Shown here: positions 18,596-29,094 of the stretch, piece after piece
How positions within the stretch are numbered: position 1 is the first letter of the stretch
How the letters are laid out: each line of letters begins with the position of its first letter
NCBI GenBank assembly: GCA_965197905.1
Contig: CBDAOB010000005.1
Span: forward strand, 1,504,001 to 1,568,000
Direction of reading: 5' to 3'
DNA length: 64,000 nt
From: Candidatus Latescibacterota bacterium
GTDB taxonomy: Bacteria; Latescibacterota; UBA2968; UBA8231
Notes under the pieces: generated by a model
What the model was told of the DNA's origin: nothing
Seen by the model: the letters and a program-made list of their open reading frames with translations, nothing else
The model's database searches: none
Made by a program: the position numbers and the translations under genes

Positions 18596-19548
18596 GAGTT
18601 CGCTCCCGACTCCAGGAGGGCTCGGAGATGCTCTTCGGAAGCAGCCGCTGTCGCCTCGAGGTCGTACCCGCCCTCCAGAACCGAAACCAGCTTTCCCTCA
18701 CAACAACGTTCAGCAACTCCCGTCATGGTCTTTGTTAGCTCCCGGTATCCGTTTTCGGTCAATTCAACATCTCCGAGCGGATCCCGGCGATGGGCGTCGA
18801 AACCGGCCGAGATCAACAGGAACTGGGGGTTGAAATCCTCCAGAGCCGGCGCCAGTTGCTGCTCGAATATCTCCTGGTACTGTTGGTCGCCGTAACCCCG
18901 CGTAACCGGAATGTTGAGTGTTGTACCCAAACCCTCGCCGACGCCGCGCTCACGGCCGGCACCGGTGCCGGGGTAGTGCGGATATTGATGGATGCTGGAG
19001 AAGAACACCGATGGATCGGCTTCGAAACTGTGCTGGGTGCCGTTCCCGTGGTGCACATCCCAATCGATGATGGCCACCCGGTCGAGGCGGTGCGCGGAGC
19101 GCAAATGGCGGGCACCGACAGCGACATTGTTGTAGAAGCAGAATCCCATGGCGACCGCCTTTTCGGCATGGTGCCCCGGCGGCCGGATGGCGCAAAAGGC
19201 GTTGCCCGCGTTGCCGTCCATGACCGAGTCGATCGCCGCGACGACGCCGCCGGCGGCCAGCCGCGCCGCGCGCTCTGTTCCAGGAGAGGCAATAGTATCC
19301 TCGCAAATGGCTTGCAGTCCGCCGCTGGAGGCATGCGCGATGCACGCCAGGTGCTCAGGGGTATGATTCCTTTCCAGGGCTTCGGTTGTCGCTTCTTCAG
19401 GAGTCAGCAGTTCGACTTTAGAGAGCAGTCCGCTGCCGTCGAAGCGATCCATAATGCTCGCCACACGGTCTGGGCGTTCGGGATGACCGGGCCCGGCTTG
19501 GTGGCGGATGCAGTCGGGATGATAAACGAGCGCTGTAGTCATTCGCAC
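18592..19548 (-). CDS. Histone-deacetylase-family (Zn-dependent) deacylase
   Basis: HPERPDR, RPPGHHA, GFCFYNN, DWDVHHGNGTQ, SAGFDAH, LEGGY. Confidence 0.95.
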   Translation of the reverse strand: MRMTTALVYHPDCIRHQAGPGHPERPDRVASIMDRFDGSGLLSKVELLTPEEATTEALERNHTPEHLACIAHASSGGLQAICEDTIASPGTERAARLAAGGVVAAIDSVMDGNAGNAFCAIRPPGHHAEKAVAMGFCFYNNVAVGARHLRSAHRLDRVAIIDWDVHHGNGTQHSFEADPSVFFSSIHQYPHYPGTGAGRERGVGEGLGTTLNIPVTRGYGDQQYQEIFEQQLAPALEDFNPQFLLISAGFDAHRRDPLGDVELTENGYRELTKTMTGVAERCCEGKLVSVLEGGYDLEATAAASEEHLRALLESGANS

Positions 19549-19991
19549 ACTCCTGATGCGGCGTCCAGGGCGCGTAGGGCCAACTGCCTGACGTCGTCTG
19601 CCATGTCGAGACGGTGGAGATCTCTCGAGTCACACCACACGTGTTTGCCAGACTCTCGAGGATTCAGACGCAGGGTCCCCCCGGCGACGACCGCGAAAAA
19701 AATGAAATCGATATGTTGATGGCTCGGACCGATCTCCTCTAGCAGGGTGCACACAGGTTCAATCAGAACCGGCACTTCGCCGAGCATTTGTCGTGCACCC
19801 AGAATCCTCGCTTCCAGTCCGGTCTCTTCTCGCACCTCGCGTACTGCCGCGGATTCGGGCAACTCGTTTGGTTCCAGGTGGCCGCCCGGCGGCAACCAGG
19901 CTTGGAGTTTCTGATGCCAAAGCAGCAGGGTCTTGCCGGCTTCAACAACGAAGGTGGTGGCGGCGAAATCACGGGTCATGGGCGTATTCAC
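19539..19991 (-). CDS. NUDIX hydrolase
   Basis: Nudix box GGHLEPNELPESAAVREVREETGL. Confidence 0.9.
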   Translation of the reverse strand: MNTPMTRDFAATTFVVEAGKTLLLWHQKLQAWLPPGGHLEPNELPESAAVREVREETGLEARILGARQMLGEVPVLIEPVCTLLEEIGPSHQHIDFIFFAVVAGGTLRLNPRESGKHVWCDSRDLHRLDMADDVRQLALRALDAASGVCE

Positions 19992-20152
19992 TATCGTGGA
20001 CCACTAAAAGTGGCGCGGAATCCTGGTCGGCCCCAGCTTCGCTCAGGGTTTTCCACGGCTGCGATTCGAATTTTCCGATGTTGACCTAACTTATTAAGAA
20101 AACGGCAATTATGCCGATAAAATGGAAGTCCGAGTAGCCATTGGTCTGGGTC

Positions 20153-20182
20153 TTGACAGGGCTGCAATCGAGAGAGTATACT
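20153..20182 (+). promoter_or_regulatory. Sigma70-type promoter
   Basis: TTGACA-N18-TATACT upstream of 20245. Confidence 0.6.
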
Positions 20183-20244
20183 AACACTAACTGACTCTAG
20201 CACAGTGCTTTGCTCTGTGCGGATACATCTCCCCGAGATTATCG

Positions 20245-21294
20245 ATGAGCACTCAGCTCGCTTTAGAAAAGTCCCCAGTATCGTCCGCATCCGACGTAAT
20301 AGTTCTCGACAGCAAGGTACCGGATCGCATCATCTGGCCCCTTGCCGGCGGCAAGGGCGGAACCGGCAAATCCACGCTCACCGCCAATATGGGTGTCGCG
20401 CTCGCGCTTTTGGGGTATAAGGTTATTCTGGTGGATGGAGACTTGGGTGGCGCCGATCTCCACCTCTTCTTCAACCAGATCGCTCCGCCGCGAAGCATCA
20501 GTAACTTCCTGACGAAAGATGTAGAGACTCTGCGGGATGTCGTGCTTCCGACCCCCAGCGCCAATCTCAAGATCGTGTGCGGGGGCAACGAAATGGTTGG
20601 GCTAGCCAATCTGCCGTACATGGTAAAAGAGAAACTCCTGAGGCACATTCGAGACCTAGACGCCGATTTCATTCTTCTCGATCTGGGTGCGGGCACCTCC
20701 TATAACACCCTCGATCTCTTCTCGCTCTCCGACCAGGGCATGATCGTTTGCACTCCAGAACCTCAGGCCAGGGTCGATGCTTACCGGTTCATCAAAAATA
20801 CGGTATATCGCAAACTGCGACGGCGTTTCGCCAAGAACGAAGATATCAGGAAAGGGGTAATCGAGCGTTTTGCCACCGGGTCGGGCCGCAAAAGCGGACG
20901 CATTCGCGAGCTGTTGGAATTGATCTACGCCGCCGATGAGACCGCTGGTGTCGAAGCCGAGACCTTGCTGCGTGCATTTCGTCCCAAGCTTATCTTAAAC
21001 AGGGTGCGAAACAAGAGGCAGGTGGAAGAAGCTCAGCGGTTTATTGTGCTCGTCAAAGAATATCTCTCCACAGAAATGAAGTATGTAGGTTACGTTCGCA
21101 GCGACATGAAGATCCTGGATGCCTGCGAGCGTCGTCGGCCCTTGCTGATCGAGTCGCCAAAATCCCCGTCTGCGCGCGACCTCTGCAATCTTGTCATGAA
21201 CGGCCTGAAGGTCGAAGACCGGCTGCATCGTATTACCGCCGATCGCTACCGGAAAATGGCGGACATGGCAAAGGCCGAAGCGAAGTTTTGGTGA
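20245..21294 (+). CDS. FlhG/MinD-family P-loop ATPase
   Basis: Deviant Walker A GGKGGTGKS, VDGDLGGA, LLDLGAG, LILNRV. Confidence 0.88.
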   Translation: MSTQLALEKSPVSSASDVIVLDSKVPDRIIWPLAGGKGGTGKSTLTANMGVALALLGYKVILVDGDLGGADLHLFFNQIAPPRSISNFLTKDVETLRDVVLPTPSANLKIVCGGNEMVGLANLPYMVKEKLLRHIRDLDADFILLDLGAGTSYNTLDLFSLSDQGMIVCTPEPQARVDAYRFIKNTVYRKLRRRFAKNEDIRKGVIERFATGSGRKSGRIRELLELIYAADETAGVEAETLLRAFRPKLILNRVRNKRQVEEAQRFIVLVKEYLSTEMKYVGYVRSDMKILDACERRRPLLIESPKSPSARDLCNLVMNGLKVEDRLHRITADRYRKMADMAKAEAKFW

Positions 21295-22436
21295 TTTCAC
21301 CGCTCCCCGCGACGATTTTTTTTAGCGCACATACCTCAAAAAGACCGGTCCCCGTGAAGGAAGCCTGGATACGAGGATCCCTGTGGGATCGTGCCGCGCT
21401 CGCTTGGAAGGGTACCGAGCCCGAATCCTCCGAGACCCTTGATGTGTTCAAGGAGTTGCGATGCGCCAAAAAGATTCTGATCCTGCCCAACGACAGGGTG
21501 GGCGGGCTCTTTATCGGTGCCCCCATATACAAAGCGTTGAGGCAGAAGTATCCAGAAGCAGAAATCTCCTTGCTGGTGGATGAAAGCAAGGAATCTATTG
21601 CCCGCCAACTGCCGTTCGTCGACACCGTTATCACCACCGCCCTTTCAAGATCCATCTGGAACGCCGAATTTGAGCAGTTTGCCGCGGAATTGGGGCGCAA
21701 GGAGTTTGATATCGCCTTTTGTCTCGGTGCCGATTGCAGTTTCAGATTGGTGCAGTTGTGTAAGGCGAGCGGTGCCCGGCTCCGGGTAGGATTTCGGCGG
21801 CAAGGTGTCGAGCCGTTCAATATCGAGATCGTACCTCGCAGCACGCGGATCTACGAAGGAGACCAGTATTCGAGCATGTTGCGAATGTTGGGCATCGACG
21901 CCGGTAACCCGGTGAAATGGACGCTGAGCCAGGACCAGGCGCAAAAAATCAGGGAGCGCTACCTAGACGATGACTTCGCCAAGAGCATGGTGGTGGGCAT
22001 CGACATAGCGCGGGGGGAAGGGGGCGGATTGAGCAATCGCCAATTGGACGACGTCGTAGGACGGGTCATCGAGCGTGGGGCGCGGGCTTTGTTATTCTTT
22101 TCTCTCGCGGAGAAGAAACGGGTAAACTATCTTAAGGAAACTTACGGCAATCGGGCCCTGCTTTTCGAGCAGGATAACCTGCCTGATGTGGCAGCCCTCA
22201 TCGAAGGCTGCACCGTTTTGATTGCCTGCAACACCGACCTGCTCCACCTGGGCATCTCCCTTCAGGTCCCTTCCGTGGGGATATTTGAGGATGACCCCCT
22301 GCGGTGGGTGTCTAGCGAAAATCCACTTGTTAAGGTGGTCCAAGGGCGCGACACGACCGGCGTGAAGATTACCCAGATTGTTCACGCGCTGGAAGAAGTT
22401 TTGCGTGTCATCCGGGACACTGAGAGCGTCGGCTAA
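21288..22436 (+). CDS. Glycosyltransferase family 9 (heptosyltransferase)-like protein with degenerate catalytic motifs
   Basis: KKILIL..DRVGG...ALRQKYPEAEISLL, FDIAF, RLRVGF, LPDVAALI..C..LIACNTDLLHLG..P.VGIF. Confidence 0.72.
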   Translation: MVISPLPATIFFSAHTSKRPVPVKEAWIRGSLWDRAALAWKGTEPESSETLDVFKELRCAKKILILPNDRVGGLFIGAPIYKALRQKYPEAEISLLVDESKESIARQLPFVDTVITTALSRSIWNAEFEQFAAELGRKEFDIAFCLGADCSFRLVQLCKASGARLRVGFRRQGVEPFNIEIVPRSTRIYEGDQYSSMLRMLGIDAGNPVKWTLSQDQAQKIRERYLDDDFAKSMVVGIDIARGEGGGLSNRQLDDVVGRVIERGARALLFFSLAEKKRVNYLKETYGNRALLFEQDNLPDVAALIEGCTVLIACNTDLLHLGISLQVPSVGIFEDDPLRWVSSENPLVKVVQGRDTTGVKITQIVHALEEVLRVIRDTESVG

Positions 22437-22475
22437 GTTCCACGGTCCCGCTCGCGAGATTCGAGGAAGGCTGCG

Positions 22476-22736
22476 ATGGAAGAAATGGTGGAACCCGATC
22501 GCACGATCATGATCGTGTCGATAATTGGCATCGTGATCATCTGGGGCAGCTTTTTCTATCACAAGTTCGTTCAGGGTGGCGACGCCGATTCAGGCAGCTC
22601 GGAACCCGGCCCCGAAGACGATGTGGAGCAATCAACTCCGGAGGGCATAGCGGCTGGCGAAGGCGACTCGGGCACGGTTGAAAAGCCTGCAAAAGCGGAC
22701 AATCGCAAGAAGGGAAAACGCAGAAAAAAGCGCTAG
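22476..22736 (+). CDS. Small single-pass membrane protein with acidic linker and basic tail
   Basis: One hydrophobic helix; GAGGAAGG RBS; ends in RKKGKRRKKR. Confidence 0.6.
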   Translation: MEEMVEPDRTIMIVSIIGIVIIWGSFFYHKFVQGGDADSGSSEPGPEDDVEQSTPEGIAAGEGDSGTVEKPAKADNRKKGKRRKKR

Positions 22737-22763
22737 ATCGCTGCGCGTAGATGTGAGGAGTAT

Positions 22764-24005
22764 ATGGCAACGGAAGTAATAATGCCCAAACTAGGGCTAA
22801 CGATGGAACAGGGCACCATCGGGAGCTGGATGGTGGACGAGGGGCAAGAGGTAAAGAAGGGCGATCCTCTTCTAGAGGTGGTGACCGACAAGCTCACCAT
22901 GGAGGTCGAGGCCCAGAAATCCGGCATGCTGCGAAAAATCATCGTGGAGGCCGGCACGGAGGTCCCGGTATTTACGCTGGTTGGAATTATCGGCAAAGCC
23001 GACGAGGATATCAGCTCCCTGCTTGGCGGACCAGCTAGCCCTGAAGCTCAGGCTGCCGTGGCGGCGCCTGAACCAGCAGCGGCCACGGTGGAAGCGCCCG
23101 TAGCCGCGACTCCTAAACTGGAACCGGCGATCAGCGTCGATGGCAACCGTCAACCGCACAGGGCGTCGCCAAAGGCTCGGAAGATGGCCGCCGAGCGCGG
23201 ACTCGACCTGAGTCGAGTAGTGGGCAGTGGCCCGGGGGGACGAATCGTCAGTGCCGATCTCGCCGGTGTTCAAGGTTCGACCGCTCCGGGCGCAGCCGTG
23301 CCGGCGGTTGCGGCCGTACCCTCCCCGGGTGCCGGCGAATCGGTTGAATTGACACGGGCCCAGCAGATAACCGGTGAACGCCTTACCGCGAGCTATCAGC
23401 AGATTCCCCACATCCACATCGGCATGCACGTATCGGCCGTCTGGCTGAAACAGTTTCGCGACGGATACGCCATTGAAGGCAAGAAGATCTCCTACAACGA
23501 CCTGATTTTGAAAGCTACAGGCAAGGCGCTGGTCGAGTTCCCGCGGGTAAACAGTGTCCTGGAGGGCCACCAGGTTCGCCATATGCGAGAGGTCAATGTC
23601 GGGTTTGCGGCCGACACTCCAAAGGGACTGCTGGTGCCGGTCGTCAAGGATGTCGCCGCGAAATCGGTCGAGGAGATTGCCGCCGACACGGCGAGGCTGG
23701 TCGACGGCGCGCGAACGGGGGGGATCAAGCCAGACGACATGGGTGGAGGGACCTTCACGATTTCCAATCTGGGCATGTACGGTGTATCGCAGTTCACCGC
23801 AATCATCAATCCCCCACAAGTGGCAATCCTTGCCGTCGGGGCGATCGAGCAACGAGTCGTGGCGCTGCCCAATGGCGCTCTGACCGCCCAGCTGCAACTG
23901 ACGCTCAATCTCGCCGCCGATCATCGCGTGGTCGACGGTGCCCTGGCAGCGCGGTTCCTCGGGCGACTCAAAGAGATCCTGGAAACGCCCGGTCTACTGG
24001 GCTGA
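22764..24005 (+). CDS. 2-oxoacid dehydrogenase E2 (dihydrolipoamide acyltransferase)
   Basis: Lipoyl domain (VVTDKLTME), E3-binding domain (ASPKARK..GSGPGGRI), catalytic DHRVVDG. Confidence 0.95.
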   Translation: MATEVIMPKLGLTMEQGTIGSWMVDEGQEVKKGDPLLEVVTDKLTMEVEAQKSGMLRKIIVEAGTEVPVFTLVGIIGKADEDISSLLGGPASPEAQAAVAAPEPAAATVEAPVAATPKLEPAISVDGNRQPHRASPKARKMAAERGLDLSRVVGSGPGGRIVSADLAGVQGSTAPGAAVPAVAAVPSPGAGESVELTRAQQITGERLTASYQQIPHIHIGMHVSAVWLKQFRDGYAIEGKKISYNDLILKATGKALVEFPRVNSVLEGHQVRHMREVNVGFAADTPKGLLVPVVKDVAAKSVEEIAADTARLVDGARTGGIKPDDMGGGTFTISNLGMYGVSQFTAIINPPQVAILAVGAIEQRVVALPNGALTAQLQLTLNLAADHRVVDGALAARFLGRLKEILETPGLLG

Positions 24006-24016
24006 GTTCCACCGGC

Positions 24017-24775
24017 TTGAGCAAGCGGGAAGCGGCGATCAGGGACCTGGTCAGGGGTAGTTATGAGGACCCCAGCGTCGTTGCCAGATACACGACGGTA
24101 GGCCTGTGGCCCGCTGAAGAAATTCTTATCCTCGAATACGTTCCGGACAACGCGCTCGTACTCGACCTCGGGTGCGGAGCGGGCCGCACAACAGTGGTGC
24201 TCGCTGAACTCGGCCTTCGCGTCCACGGCGTCGACATCAGCTCCACCATGGTGGATATCGCTCGCCGCCAGACGGAGCTCGCCCACGTCCAGGCCGACTA
24301 TTCTGTAATGGACGCCATGAAGCTAGGTTTTCCGGACAACTCTTTTGAGGTCGCCCTCTATTCCTACAACGGCATCGAACTCGTCCCCGGAATTCGCGGA
24401 AAACTGCGGGTAATGGAAGAGGTCTGGAGGGTGCTCAGGAAAGGCGGGCACCTGATTTTCAGCTCCCACTCCTTCTTCGCGCTGAACCGATTTTTCCCCG
24501 GGAGATTATTTGGTGTGGCGAAATTTTGCGCCGGACGCTTCTGCGGTCTGCCGGTGATGGAAGCGGAATTTGGCGAGCGTTTCATCGACGACGAACTCGA
24601 GGAAGTGAAGTACCTGCAGGTTTTACCCCCTTCGACATGGATCCGAATGCTGAAGTCGAGCGGCTACGAAATGTGCTACTTCAACAACAGAAACCGGATC
24701 GAAAAGGGAATGAAATGGGGTTTCCCGGGACAGTTCGAAGGCAGCGAGCGGTTCTATGTCGCCCGCAAAAATTAA
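24017..24775 (+). CDS. Class I SAM-dependent methyltransferase
   Basis: VLDLGCGAGR, GVDIS, RVLRKGG. Confidence 0.88.
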   Translation: MSKREAAIRDLVRGSYEDPSVVARYTTVGLWPAEEILILEYVPDNALVLDLGCGAGRTTVVLAELGLRVHGVDISSTMVDIARRQTELAHVQADYSVMDAMKLGFPDNSFEVALYSYNGIELVPGIRGKLRVMEEVWRVLRKGGHLIFSSHSFFALNRFFPGRLFGVAKFCAGRFCGLPVMEAEFGERFIDDELEEVKYLQVLPPSTWIRMLKSSGYEMCYFNNRNRIEKGMKWGFPGQFEGSERFYVARKN

Positions 24776-24824
24776 GATATGATGGTGCATGCCGATATCA
24801 TACTACAGAGGGAAATACAAGTAG

Positions 24825-24995
24825 ATGATCGGGGAAAAAGGTCTAAACGCTCACGAGCGACAGGCATTCGTGCGCGACGGGCATCTCGTGCATCCAGGGC
24901 CCGTATCTGGGGAAATACTGGCCGACTTGCTGGAGCTCGCCGAGGAGTGCCAGCGGTATAACGATCCGTTCTACTCCGAACGGACCTCCGATTAA
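24825..24995 (+). pseudogene. Possible 5' fragment of a PhyH-family dioxygenase (56 aa)
   Basis: Translated by hand: MIGEKGLNAHERQAFVRDGHLVHPGPVSGEILADLLE..., resembling the L...Q..F..DG.L N-terminus of PhyH proteins, then an early stop. Confidence 0.3.
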
Positions 24996-25058
24996 GAATT
25001 CTCGTATTGCGGTAACCGGTTGCCGGTCGACTGTCGCTCGGCACGCAGGTGTGGTTCC

Positions 25059-25087
25059 TTGACCTCGCCAACGCCGCAACTTATGTT
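25059..25087 (+). promoter_or_regulatory. Sigma70-type promoter for ftsH
   Basis: TTGACC-N17-TATGTT. Confidence 0.45.
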
Positions 25088-25216
25088 CTCATAACACTCC
25101 GTCAAACAAAGAACTTAGCCAACGTCCGATGGGCGTTTTCGAGCGCCTGCCACATCTGGGAACGGAGGATACTCAGCGGCCATCGCGTTGGGGATTCGGA
25201 ACGCGGATCCAATTAG

Positions 25217-27172
25217 ATGAAGATCGAGAAAAAGACCCAACTTTCCATAGCGTACGCGGTTCTCACCCTCCTCTTACTGCTGAGTCTGCAATCCCTCTAT
25301 GAGAATCGGGACGAAAACGTACCCTACAGCACCTTCCGACAATGGGTGCAGGAAGGAATGGTGCGTGAGGCGATCGTTGGCACGGAGGTCATTCGCGGAA
25401 CCGTAATGGACCGCGGCGAGGAGCGGGGGTTCACCACCAACCCGGTGGAAGATCCGGGTTTGGTCGAGCTCCTCCAGGAAAATCAGGTAAAATTCTCCGG
25501 ACAGCTGGAAAACACCTGGTTCACGACGTTGATGTCCTGGATTCTTCCCGCCGTGATCTTCGTCGGAATTTGGATGTTTATGGCGCGCCGGATGGGAGGT
25601 GGTTCCGGTGGTCTGATGTCCATCGGTAAAAGCAAAGCCAAAGTCTACATGGAAAAGGGGACGGGTATCACCTTTGAGGACGTTGCAGGGATAGACGAGG
25701 CGAAAGAGGAACTAATGGAGGTGGTGGAGTTTCTTCAGACTCCAGCTCGCTTTCAGGCGCTGGGCGGCAAGATTCCTCGCGGGGTTATGCTGGTAGGTCC
25801 TCCCGGTACCGGAAAAACACTGCTCGCCAAAGCGGTGGCCGGCGAGGCAGAGGTGCCCTTCTTTTCGCTTAGCGGCTCTGATTTTGTGGAGATGTTCGTC
25901 GGCGTCGGTGCCGCGCGCGTGCGCGATCTTTTCGAACAGGCAAAAAAACACGCCCCGGCGATCATCTTCATCGACGAGATGGATGCGCTTGGAAAAGCGC
26001 GAGGTGTTGGAGCTTTCGGAGGGCACGACGAACGCGAGCAGACCTTGAACCAGCTGCTCTCCGAACTCGACGGATTCGATACCAACGACGGTATCATCTT
26101 GATGGCCGCTACCAACCGGCCGGAAATTCTCGATCCCGCCCTTTTGCGCCCCGGACGCTTCGATCGCACGGTGACCGTCGACCGCCCCGATGTCAAAGGA
26201 CGCGAGGCCATACTCAAGATCCATGCTAGCGACGCGAAGCTGGCGGAAGAGGTTGACTTGCATCGCCTGGCGGTCCGCACACCCGGTTTTGCCGGCGCCG
26301 ATCTGGCCAATGTGATCAATGAAGCCGCTTTGCTGGCCGCCCGGCGAGACAAGACGGCCATAACAATGGATGAGCTGGACGAAGCGGTCGAACGCTCAGT
26401 CGCCGGCTTGGAACGCAAGAGTCGGGTGCTCAGCGAGAAGGAACGCCGCATCGTGGCGTACCACGAGGCCGGACATGGGGTCGTCGGCGAGGTTCTACCA
26501 CACGCGAATCCGGTGCAGAAGATTTCGATTGTTTCTCGAGGAGTGGCCGCCCTAGGGTATACGCTCAATATGCCCACCGAAGACCGCTACCTGATGACTC
26601 GAAACGAAATGCTCGACACCTTGTGCGCCGTGCTGGGGGGGAGAGCGGCCGAGGAGATTGTTTTCGCGGAAATTTCGACCGGCGCCGCGAACGACCTCCA
26701 ACAGGCGACGCAGATGGTTGAATCCATGGTCAAGGAATACGGCATGAGCGATAGCCTTGGCCTGGTCGCTCACCGGCAAGATCGGAGCCACCAGTACATG
26801 GGCATGCCCGCGCCGGATCGCAGCTACAGTGAGGAAACCTCGAAACGCATTGACAGTGAAGTCAGCAGGGTCATCACCGAAGCGTACGATCGAGCCAAGA
26901 GCATTCTGGTGGAACGTCGCGAGCAGCTAGAGCAGGTCGTTAGTGTGCTGTTCGAGAAGGAGGTGATGGACGGCGAGGAATTGCGGCTATTGCTGCGGCT
27001 CGCCGCGGATGGTGGCAACGGCTCAGACGCGGACATCAAGGTGGCGGCTGACAAGGGGGCGGTGAGCAAAGATTCTAGCGAACGGCCGCCGGAAGTGCCT
27101 TCCGCCTCTACTTCCGTTGCGGACATGAAAACACCCGCCGACGAAACAGGTCCGGAGGAATCGGCTTCGTGA
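25217..27172 (+). CDS. ftsH: ATP-dependent zinc metalloprotease FtsH
   Basis: Two TM helices, [17 protein letters not shown] ([20 protein letters not shown]), HEAGH. Confidence 0.97.
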   Translation: MKIEKKTQLSIAYAVLTLLLLLSLQSLYENRDENVPYSTFRQWVQEGMVREAIVGTEVIRGTVMDRGEERGFTTNPVEDPGLVELLQENQVKFSGQLENTWFTTLMSWILPAVIFVGIWMFMARRMGGGSGGLMSIGKSKAKVYMEKGTGITFEDVAGIDEAKEELMEVVEFLQTPARFQALGGKIPRGVMLVGPPGTGKTLLAKAVAGEAEVPFFSLSGSDFVEMFVGVGAARVRDLFEQAKKHAPAIIFIDEMDALGKARGVGAFGGHDEREQTLNQLLSELDGFDTNDGIILMAATNRPEILDPALLRPGRFDRTVTVDRPDVKGREAILKIHASDAKLAEEVDLHRLAVRTPGFAGADLANVINEAALLAARRDKTAITMDELDEAVERSVAGLERKSRVLSEKERRIVAYHEAGHGVVGEVLPHANPVQKISIVSRGVAALGYTLNMPTEDRYLMTRNEMLDTLCAVLGGRAAEEIVFAEISTGAANDLQQATQMVESMVKEYGMSDSLGLVAHRQDRSHQYMGMPAPDRSYSEETSKRIDSEVSRVITEAYDRAKSILVERREQLEQVVSVLFEKEVMDGEELRLLLRLAADGGNGSDADIKVAADKGAVSKDSSERPPEVPSASTSVADMKTPADETGPEESAS

Positions 27173-27177
27173 GGTTT

Positions 27178-27636
27178 TCAATCTACCTCTGCCAACACCT
27201 CGAGCTCGACCGCTGAGCCCAACGGCAGTTCCGCAACCCCCAGTGCTATTCGCGCGTGCCGCCCACGCTCCTCGAAGACCTCCGCCAAAAACTCCGAAGC
27301 ACCGTTCACAACCTTCGGTTGATCGGTAAATCCGCTTGCGGAGCACACGAACCCTGCTAGGCGTACCATTTGAGAGACCCGGTCCAACGAGCCGACTTGG
27401 GCATTGATGATGCTCAGCGCATTTAAAGCGCAGATTCTGGCAGCCTCGTACCCCTGCTCAAGATTCAAGTCGGAGCCGACCTTTCCGACGTATTTAAGCG
27501 CGCCATCCACAAACGGCAATTGCCCGGCCACGTAGAGCAGATTGCCCGTTCGCACGGCAGGGACGTAAGCTCCAGCTGGTTTGGGTGGCGGCGGCAACGT
27601 CAAACCCATCTTTTCCAATCTGTCATGCGGCGTCAT
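27178..27636 (-). CDS. RidA/YjgF-family protein
   Basis: YVPAVRTGNLLYVAGQLP, VVNGASE, GRHARIALG..LPLG..VE. Confidence 0.92.
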   Translation of the reverse strand: MTPHDRLEKMGLTLPPPPKPAGAYVPAVRTGNLLYVAGQLPFVDGALKYVGKVGSDLNLEQGYEAARICALNALSIINAQVGSLDRVSQMVRLAGFVCSASGFTDQPKVVNGASEFLAEVFEERGRHARIALGVAELPLGSAVELEVLAEVD

Positions 27637-27758
27637 ACTCCATCCTCCGATTCTGAGTAGGTTTCAGGGCGGTGAGGTTGAAGAATATATTCCCCGTGTG
27701 GCGTGATACAAGTATATGAAGCGAGAATGAATCCACCGGGACGGTCCTGCTGAATCGA

Positions 27759-28997
27759 TTGGATAAAGCGGTTGCGAGGTGGGAGGTCCTGCGCCCGCTC
27801 GGCAACCGGGACTTTCTGCGACTGTGGTCCGCGAACGGGCTCTGGTGGCAGACGATGTGGATAGAGATTCTCGTGTTCGGGTGGTTGGCGCTTAGCATGA
27901 CCGACTCAGCATGGTGGGTTTCGCTTATCGGTTTTTTCCGCTTCGGCCCCCTACTTCCCCTCGGTGTGTTCGGCACTGCGATTACCGACCGCTTCAGCCG
28001 CCGGCGCCTGGTTGTCTGGCTACAGCTGTCGAATGCAATCGGTATCGGCAGCCTTTCCGTGCTGCTTGCTGTAGGACTCCTGGAGTACTGGCACCTTGCG
28101 GTGGTGGCCGCTTTGAACGGCTCCGGATGGGCATTGGATTGGCCTACGCGCCGCGCCTTGATTCCCGATCTCGTCGGTCGGGAACGGGTCGTCGACGCCA
28201 TGCTCTTAGAGAATTTTGTTCAGAGCTTGAGCCGGATGTCCGGTCCGTTGGGGGGCGGTTCGTTGCTCGCCGTGATCGGCACCCAGGCGACCTTGATGCT
28301 GTTGGCCGTAGCAGGTCTCGTTGCAGCGATTATTCTCTGCACTTTGAAGACCGAATCGCGGGCTCCCAGCGCGGCCACCGGCGTTGCGGATGCGCTCGTC
28401 CGAATGCGGGAGGGGATGCGCTATGTATTCCGTACACAGAACGTGCTTGCTGTCGTTTTGGTGACGGCAACTCTCAATCTCTGGGCTTTCCCTTTCAATT
28501 TTCTCCTGCCGGTGTTCGCCCGCGATGTCCTTGGGCAGGGACCGGTAGGCTTCGGCATGTTGGGAACGTGTCACGGGATGGGAGCCATGCTCGGTCTACT
28601 GATGGTGAACCGCGTTCGCAGGTTTCTCAGCCTGAATTGGCTTTTCGCCCTCGGTTCGCTGCTTGTAACTTGCGGCATCGGGCTTTTTTCTCTGTCGGCA
28701 ACCATGGTGCTTTCAATGGCGGCCATGTTTGGCGCAGGTTTTGGGCAGGTGTTTTTTAGCACCATGCAAAGTGCCCTGATATTGCGAACGGTATCGGACG
28801 AGATGCGGGGACGGGTGATGAGCACGCTGGTCCTGGCGATCGGTGGGGGACCCCTGGGTTCTCTTCAAGCGGGGTTGCTAGCCGGTCTCTTCGAAGCTCC
28901 ACTTGCGGTTACGATCATGTCGGCCTTGGCAACGGCGGCAGTTGTCACCATCGCTAGGTTCGTGCCCGGATTCGTACGGAAACCGCGTGACGGGTAA
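27759..28997 (+). CDS. MFS transporter (EntS/DHA3-like)
   Basis: About 12 hydrophobic helices; TDRFSRRR motif A; MRGRVMS. Confidence 0.9.
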   Translation: MDKAVARWEVLRPLGNRDFLRLWSANGLWWQTMWIEILVFGWLALSMTDSAWWVSLIGFFRFGPLLPLGVFGTAITDRFSRRRLVVWLQLSNAIGIGSLSVLLAVGLLEYWHLAVVAALNGSGWALDWPTRRALIPDLVGRERVVDAMLLENFVQSLSRMSGPLGGGSLLAVIGTQATLMLLAVAGLVAAIILCTLKTESRAPSAATGVADALVRMREGMRYVFRTQNVLAVVLVTATLNLWAFPFNFLLPVFARDVLGQGPVGFGMLGTCHGMGAMLGLLMVNRVRRFLSLNWLFALGSLLVTCGIGLFSLSATMVLSMAAMFGAGFGQVFFSTMQSALILRTVSDEMRGRVMSTLVLAIGGGPLGSLQAGLLAGLFEAPLAVTIMSALATAAVVTIARFVPGFVRKPRDG

Positions 28998-29036
28998 AGC
29001 GGCCAACGGCGACCGGCCTTCACGGCGGGTGATTAT

Positions 29037-29065
29037 TTGACCTGGTGTTTTCGCCCGCGTACAAT
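29037..29065 (+). promoter_or_regulatory. Sigma70-type promoter
   Basis: TTGACC-N17-TACAAT, 29 nt before the start at 29095. Confidence 0.6.
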
Positions 29066-29094
29066 CGGGCGCTGTATCGGGAAGGACGGATGGA

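Noticed and set aside
22872..23924. 350-aa minus-strand ORF
   Set aside because: Antisense shadow of the E2 gene, expected at high GC.
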